Origin: an uncultured bacterium
Lineage (GTDB): Bacteria > Acidobacteriota > HRBIN11 > JAKEFK01
DNA length: 64,000 bases
NCBI GenBank assembly: GCA_963777505.1
Contig: CAVZQN010000001.1
Coordinates: 544,001 to 608,000 of the forward strand
Direction of reading: 5' to 3'
Shown piece by piece: positions 58,520-64,000 of this stretch. A program made the translations under genes and the position numbers. The notes under the pieces were generated by a model. The model saw nothing but the letters and a program-made list of their open reading frames with translations. It had not been told where the DNA came from and ran no database searches. Position 1 is the first letter of the stretch; each line of letters opens with the position of its first letter.

Positions 58520-60707
58520 TCGCCCGCTGGTCATGAGCGTGGAAGACAATCGGGATACGCAGCAATTAATTGAACGTTTGCTTGCAGGCAGAGGGTTTGA
58601 CGTTATTGTTGCGGAAAACGGGTTAAAAGGCCTTGAAATGTTAATTACGCAGAATCATCGGCCTGATTTAATTCTGCTGGATATTATGATGCCGGAAATG
58701 AACGGTTATGAATTCTGCGCAAAGCTTCAGGAAAACGATGAGCTCTCTTATATTCCAGTCGTATTTTTAACGGCATTGGGTGATGAACAGGATAAAGCAA
58801 AAGCATTCGCAGTTGGAGCAGTTGATTACGTCACAAAACCAATTTTCAAAAACAAATTATTAGAAGTAGTTGATAAACAGCTTCAAACGAAATCCAAATG
58901 GCGTGCTCTTCAGGAAAAATCCAACCGCATCAGCATGGTGGATTTTTTGAACTTCAAACAATTTTTGTTTGAGGAGCTTGGTCTTGCGTCAGAAAAGCGG
59001 GACAAACTTGCAAATCTTCCGGCTTCACATCTTTATAAATTCACAGTTGACCTCGGAATTAACTCAACGCGGCTCGCGCGTTACATTTCAGAATTTTTGA
59101 ACCTGAAGTATGTGCAATCGGTAAACTCTTCAGACTTTCAACTCGGTGTACTTCCTGCACCATTCTGCAGGATGAACAGTATTGTTCCGCTTCGTGATGA
59201 AAACGGAGCCGCGGCATTCGTACTGAGCAATCCTTTTAATCTAGAACTGCTTGACCATTTAAATTCGCTGACCGGCGTTCAGCAAAATTCACGATTGATC
59301 ATTACGGATCCCGAAGTCATTGCCGACATTTTGAATCCTGTTAAGGGACAAAGCGGCGCCGCAGTGGATCCTCTTGCTGCTGCACAGGAAAAATTTAAGA
59401 AAAGGCAGGAAGTTCAACCCACAGTCATCAACACTGATTCGGCAACCGAAGAATCGGAACCGATTATCCGCCTCGTCAATCAGTTTATTGAAAATGCTTA
59501 CACATCGGGCTCTTCCGACATCCATATTGAACCCTGGGAAAATGAAGTTGTTGTTCGCTACAGAATCGACGGCGATTTACGGATCGTAAATAGATTTGGC
59601 CCGCAAAATTTGATTTTGCCAATCGTTGCGCGTCTTAAAATTATGAGCAATCTTGATATCGCTGAAAGGCGCATGCCTCAAGATGGCCGTATCGTTTTTA
59701 AGAAGTACACCAAAAAGAATCTTGATTTTGATCTTCGTATTGCAACTTCTCCAATGAACTTTGGAGAAAAAGTTGTAATGAGAATCCTGGACAAACAAAA
59801 GTCCACGCTGCCGCTGGATAAGTTAGGATTTTCGGCGCGCAATCTGAAAGTCTACCGTGAAAAAATTCTAACGCCGTATGGAATGATTTTGCATGTAGGT
59901 CCAACCGGTTCCGGAAAATCGATGACATTGTACGCGGCCTTGAATGAAGTACAGAGACCGGAGATCAATATTCAAACTGTTGAGGATCCAATTGAGTATA
60001 CGCTTGCGGGTATTAATCAATTGCAAACGCACAAAGATATTGGACTCACATTTGGGCGCGCATTGCGTTCTTACTTGCGTCAGGATCCGGATGTAATTCT
60101 CGTTGGTGAAATTCGAGATCTTGAAACTGCCGAAATTGCCGTTGAAGCTGCCCTGACAGGTCATTTACTTCTTTCTACACTTCATACAAACGATGCACCG
60201 TCAACGATCACACGGCTCGTTGAAATGGGAATTGAACCATTTCTGGTGAGTTCAACAATTATTTGTGTTGTAGCTCAAAGATTGCTGCGCAAACTCTGTT
60301 CCGAATGCAAGGAACCTTTTGATGCGGATGAAGCACAAAAGCTGCTGGTTGGTTTAGACACGAAAATGGAGGTTCCTCTTTACCGCGCGAAAGGTTGCAA
60401 GGAATGCAATGGCATCGGATATAAAGGACGAATAGGAACACATGAAATTTTTGTGCCGGATGATGCTGTTCGTTTGGGAATCAGCAAAGGCACTCTCACT
60501 GCAGAATCTTTGAAGCGGATCGCCGTTGAAGAACTCGCGATGACCACACTCTATTGGGATGCAATGGAAAAGGTACGGAACGGCGTTACGACAATTGAAG
60601 ACGTATTATCGAAAATTCGCAAGGATGAATTCGATTCGCGTCCGGATTGGATGTTTGAACAATTTCAGATGCAGTGTCCCGCAAACCGCGACAAAGCACT
60701 CATTTAA
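58506..60707 (+). CDS. PilB/GspE-family secretion/pilus assembly ATPase with N-terminal REC domain
   Basis: REC (VEDN, LLDIMMP, FLTA, TKP); SDIHIEP, RYRIDG, GPTGSGKS, TVEDPIE, DPDVILVGEIRD, TGHLLLSTLHTND, tetracysteine CSEC...CKEC. Confidence 0.93.
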   Translation: MTSSDRPLVMSVEDNRDTQQLIERLLAGRGFDVIVAENGLKGLEMLITQNHRPDLILLDIMMPEMNGYEFCAKLQENDELSYIPVVFLTALGDEQDKAKAFAVGAVDYVTKPIFKNKLLEVVDKQLQTKSKWRALQEKSNRISMVDFLNFKQFLFEELGLASEKRDKLANLPASHLYKFTVDLGINSTRLARYISEFLNLKYVQSVNSSDFQLGVLPAPFCRMNSIVPLRDENGAAAFVLSNPFNLELLDHLNSLTGVQQNSRLIITDPEVIADILNPVKGQSGAAVDPLAAAQEKFKKRQEVQPTVINTDSATEESEPIIRLVNQFIENAYTSGSSDIHIEPWENEVVVRYRIDGDLRIVNRFGPQNLILPIVARLKIMSNLDIAERRMPQDGRIVFKKYTKKNLDFDLRIATSPMNFGEKVVMRILDKQKSTLPLDKLGFSARNLKVYREKILTPYGMILHVGPTGSGKSMTLYAALNEVQRPEINIQTVEDPIEYTLAGINQLQTHKDIGLTFGRALRSYLRQDPDVILVGEIRDLETAEIAVEAALTGHLLLSTLHTNDAPSTITRLVEMGIEPFLVSSTIICVVAQRLLRKLCSECKEPFDADEAQKLLVGLDTKMEVPLYRAKGCKECNGIGYKGRIGTHEIFVPDDAVRLGISKGTLTAESLKRIAVEELAMTTLYWDAMEKVRNGVTTIEDVLSKIRKDEFDSRPDWMFEQFQMQCPANRDKALI

Positions 60708-62823
60708 TTCTCTGCATTTTTGCGGTTAAAAGTTCTTTAATTTGTTGTACGACCGCTCCAACACCTTGATGCTTAAACACAAGCCGTACTGAATTTTCCA
60801 CAGCATGTTGAAGATTGTAATCCCGTTTTCCAGTAAAAACGATAATCGGGATGGTTGCTGTATCCGGATTTAGACGAAGCCTGCGGATTAGTTCTTCTCC
60901 GTTTATTTCAGGCAACATTAAGTCCGTCACGATCAGTCGCGGCTGAAACCGGAAAATTTTATCGATGGCTTCTTTTCCATCCCAGGCTGAAATGACTTCG
61001 TAACCGAGACTTGAAATTGCGCGGTGAAGCAACCGGAGAGTAAGCGTATCGTCTTCAACTACGATAATGCTTTCTTCAAAAACACTCTTGTATTCAGGTA
61101 ATGCGAAACAAAAACAAGCTCCTTCACCCTGCTCTTTAAGCCATATTTTTCCGCCATGAGCTTCAATAATTTTTCTCGTTATATAAAGGCCCAAACCGAT
61201 TCCTTCTATTCGTCTCGATTCATGAATTCTTGCAAAACGGCGAAATAATAAATCACTTTTCCCTGGTGGAATTCCGATTCCCTGATCGGAAACTGAGACA
61301 AGCAAAAACGTGCCCTGTTCAGGTTCAGTTTCAAAATGTTTCGCAACATCTTTTTTCAAAACTTTTTGCAAACGGATCGTTACGTTACCTCCGTCAGCCG
61401 AATATTTGATTGCATTACCAAGGAGATTTTCCATCGCTTCCTGCAGCCTTCCGGAATCAGCCTTGATAATCGGGAGATCTTTTTCGGCTTTCACAATGAA
61501 GTTGTGTTTTTCGCTCCATGGAAAGACAAGATGCTGAAGAAAGGAATCAAAATCAGTTTTCTCGAAGTTGAATGGAATGTCGCCGCTGTCAAATCGCGAA
61601 GCTTTCAAGGTCGCATCAGCAAGTTTTTGCAGCCGGAATGCCTGCTGTGAGACCGTTTGCATAATTTCTTTCTGCTGCAAATCCTGCCATTTTTCTTTTC
61701 GTAACAGTTGATCCATGTAACCGCGGATTACGGTAAGCGGTGATCGAAAATCATGCGCAACTATCTGCAGAATTTCTTCTTTCAATTTTGACGCTTCTTC
61801 CAACTGCGCGTTAATGCGTTCTAAATTCTGATATGCATTTGCGTTCTGAATTGCACTTCCCAGCGCGCTGGTAACAGCTTCAAGAACCATTCTGTCAGAG
61901 GCATCAAATGAGTTCACTGTATCGCTTTGGATTTCCAGTACAGCAACAACAGAGTCCCCAATTTTCACAGGGCTTGTCATCACACTCTTCACTTCAGGCG
62001 AAAACAGCGGATCCGATTTCATGGCAGTGACATTTTTCGAATAAATCGTAGCGCCTTTTTGAATGGCCTTTCCTGCAAGCGTTTTGTTGATCGGAATCCG
62101 AATTTCCTTTTTGGAAGCCGCTCGTGGGTTTCTTGAAAGCACATGTACAAAGCGGACTTCCCTCGCCGCTTCATCAACCCAGCCAGCAGCGACAAGATAG
62201 TACGAAAAATGCTGCTGAATCCTTTCGACAGCTGTCTTGAGGAGTTGATGACTGTTACGGATTAACGAAATTTCCGTGACAAGTTCACTTAGAAGATTGA
62301 GCTGGTGAGTCCGGCGTTTTTCGTTTCCACGAAGTTGAAAATTCACAATCATGGGTCCAGCTTGATGCATCACAGCAGATAGCAGATCTGAATCGGCTTT
62401 GGTAAATCCGCCGCGTTTGTTAACCAGCACGATCAATCCGGCAATTTTGCCCGAAAAAACGATCGGGGCGGCAATCAGGTTTCGGATTTCACGAGATTGC
62501 ACAAAATCAGAACTGAGACGCGCGTCCCCAGATGCTTCGTTGGAAAGCAAAATGCCCCGCTTGAGAAAGTTCCAGCGACGGGCATTGGCAGGGTAAGGTT
62601 GTGAGATTTCAAGGGAATCAACTCCCGGCGCGGCATTTTTGCCGATAATTGTAATACTACTATTGTAGTACGAAATCACAAAAGCCGATTTTGCGCCGGT
62701 GAGCTTTGTCAGTTGCAGCCCTAGCTTTTGGAAAAACTCCTTTTCGTCCGGAATAAGACTGAGCGTTTCAGTCACAGCTATCAATTGCTTAAATTTCTGC
62801 CGCAAGATCTCCCTTTCAGACAT
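60700..62823 (-). CDS. Cytoplasmic GAF-GAF-HisKA-HATPase-REC hybrid kinase
   Basis: Two GAF domains, VAHDFRSPL, GNAIKYS, DQGIG, GIGLGL, C-terminal REC VTDLMLP. Confidence 0.92.
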   Translation of the reverse strand: MSEREILRQKFKQLIAVTETLSLIPDEKEFFQKLGLQLTKLTGAKSAFVISYYNSSITIIGKNAAPGVDSLEISQPYPANARRWNFLKRGILLSNEASGDARLSSDFVQSREIRNLIAAPIVFSGKIAGLIVLVNKRGGFTKADSDLLSAVMHQAGPMIVNFQLRGNEKRRTHQLNLLSELVTEISLIRNSHQLLKTAVERIQQHFSYYLVAAGWVDEAAREVRFVHVLSRNPRAASKKEIRIPINKTLAGKAIQKGATIYSKNVTAMKSDPLFSPEVKSVMTSPVKIGDSVVAVLEIQSDTVNSFDASDRMVLEAVTSALGSAIQNANAYQNLERINAQLEEASKLKEEILQIVAHDFRSPLTVIRGYMDQLLRKEKWQDLQQKEIMQTVSQQAFRLQKLADATLKASRFDSGDIPFNFEKTDFDSFLQHLVFPWSEKHNFIVKAEKDLPIIKADSGRLQEAMENLLGNAIKYSADGGNVTIRLQKVLKKDVAKHFETEPEQGTFLLVSVSDQGIGIPPGKSDLLFRRFARIHESRRIEGIGLGLYITRKIIEAHGGKIWLKEQGEGACFCFALPEYKSVFEESIIVVEDDTLTLRLLHRAISSLGYEVISAWDGKEAIDKIFRFQPRLIVTDLMLPEINGEELIRRLRLNPDTATIPIIVFTGKRDYNLQHAVENSVRLVFKHQGVGAVVQQIKELLTAKMQRIK

Positions 62824-62931
62824 CTTCCCTCAACCCATGCCACAAGGATGGTCCATTCCATGCGCAGGGCCCATTCCCGTTTCAATTATTATAACAATAT
62901 CAATGGTAATGGCCTTAACGGCGCTTGAAAC

Positions 62932-63789
62932 TCAATCAGGTACAGGCGAGTTGTAGTAAAAACGGAAAACCGCAGGCAATAAAGGGCGCGGAAAATCAGC
63001 CGGTAAAGGCGGAAATGGATCTGTAATCATTAAAGCTTGAAGTGCAGCTTGATTGTATGATGGAACATCAGAACTCAATACAATTTTCGGATTTAATATT
63101 TTGCCGCTTCGATCAACTTGAAATGAAATTCCTACAATCCCTTTCAGTCCGAGATCGGCAGCGACTGGTACAATCCAATTTTTTCTCACCATTGCGATAA
63201 CACGATTGGCCCATGGCCCAAGATCATAGCCTTGAGTATCAAAAAATACACCGGAACCTGTATCGCCTGTTGGGACCGAACCGATTTCGTCTCCGCTGCC
63301 GCTACCTGTACCGGAACCGGAATTGCCTGAGCCGATAAAACGATCGAGATCTTTTAATGCACCCTCTGCAAGTTTTGGCGCCGGTTCACCTGCAGGATCA
63401 TTGACCTTTGGAGATTCCGCAGAAGGTTGTAACTCACGCGCCGTTGGCTGCTCGCCTGTGGAACGTTCAACAACTTCCGAACCACCGGAACGTCCTTTCG
63501 ATGAAGCATATTGCTGCACTTTGGGAGGTTGAGGTTTAAGCTTATTTGGTTCTATCGGGCCGGCTTTGCGATTCGCATCCGAAGCATATTTCGCTGCAGG
63601 CGACGGCGCTTCAGCAGCTTTTGCATTTGGAGGCACTTCTACAAAACGCATTGTCACCGGAGGTTTTGCCGCGGCTGCAGGCACAGGTGTTGCTGCAACC
63701 AGAGGATTGTACTTCATGACAATTCCAAGAACCGCATGAAGCAGCAATGCAACTGATATCGCTACTGTGAATGAAGCATCCTTTTTCAT
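62932..63789 (-). CDS. tonB: TonB/TolA-like energy transducer
   Basis: TM SVALLLH motif, Pro/Ala-rich linker, TonB_C domain (VRKNW...FQVDRSG...PFPPLP); start adjusted to ATG 63789. Confidence 0.82.
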   Translation of the reverse strand: MKKDASFTVAISVALLLHAVLGIVMKYNPLVAATPVPAAAAKPPVTMRFVEVPPNAKAAEAPSPAAKYASDANRKAGPIEPNKLKPQPPKVQQYASSKGRSGGSEVVERSTGEQPTARELQPSAESPKVNDPAGEPAPKLAEGALKDLDRFIGSGNSGSGTGSGSGDEIGSVPTGDTGSGVFFDTQGYDLGPWANRVIAMVRKNWIVPVAADLGLKGIVGISFQVDRSGKILNPKIVLSSDVPSYNQAALQALMITDPFPPLPADFPRPLLPAVFRFYYNSPVPD

Positions 63790-63802
63790 ATTTGTCGCAG
63801 CT

Positions 63803-64000
63803 TCACTCTCCTTCCACAGCAATACCAAACTGAGTGACTCCTTCATTCCGGACAATATCCAGGATCCGCATTACGTCTCCATGAGCAACACTTCTATCCG
63901 CCCGCAAAACCAAACTTAAATCCGGCTTTTCTTTGATGAGTTCCCGAATTCTTCCAGCCAAATCCTGTTCTGTGACTGGCGCATTATTGAGAAAAATTTC
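63803..64000 (-). CDS. exbD: ExbD/TolR (C-terminal part; start outside the window)
   Basis: Manual translation EIFLNNAPVTEQDLAGRIRELIKEKPDLSLVLRADRSVAHGDVMRILDIVRNEGVTQFGIAVEGE*. Confidence 0.88.
   Translation of the reverse strand, partial: EIFLNNAPVTEQDLAGRIRELIKEKPDLSLVLRADRSVAHGDVMRILDIVRNEGVTQFGIAVEGE

Noticed and set aside
62862-62878. Possible sigma54 box (GG-AATGGGCCCT-GC, minus strand) upstream of the GAF kinase
   Set aside because: Only the GG-N10-GC spacing matches; the TGGCA and TTGC context is absent

Overview
Gene-dense bacterial chromosomal window of roughly 43% GC (estimated by eye). The gene repertoire suggests Acidobacteriota or a related lineage, which is an inference. 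I saw no rRNA, tRNA, CRISPR array, transposase or prophage. From the left end: a RomR-like response regulator (truncated by the window edge and missing from the ORF track), an NtrC-type sigma54 activator with a PDZ/GAF/PAS sensor kinase under a sigma54/IHF/UAS-type promoter, an outer-membrane barrel, oppDF, a methylmalonyl-CoA mutase large subunit, dodecin, YihY, PrsW, an unannotated 54-aa protein behind a sigma54-type promoter, glycerate kinase, BlaI/BlaR1, rarA, a secreted nidogen-like metallopeptidase, and a TPR-thl-hbd-crt-phosphatase-tldDE run. Next come an orphan wzt, an ECF sigma facing a predicted secreted JAB/MPN protein, a 10-gene MoxR/DUF58/SpoIIM/RDD operon carrying three zinc-finger membrane proteins, bacillithiol genes bshC-bshB1-bshA, a heterodimeric ABC exporter, an ~11-kb phosphorelay island and exbD-tonB. 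The best candidate for an undescribed system is the operon at 57073-60707: REC-TPR, a catalytic-domain-less DHp-Hpt protein, and a PilB/GspE ATPase with an N-terminal receiver domain, with no other pilus genes in the window. The zinc-finger-extended MoxR operon and the sigma54-linked microprotein are the next candidates. Five apparent frameshifts fall in the first 14 kb and are probably assembly errors. All family assignments come from motif recognition by eye, not database searches.
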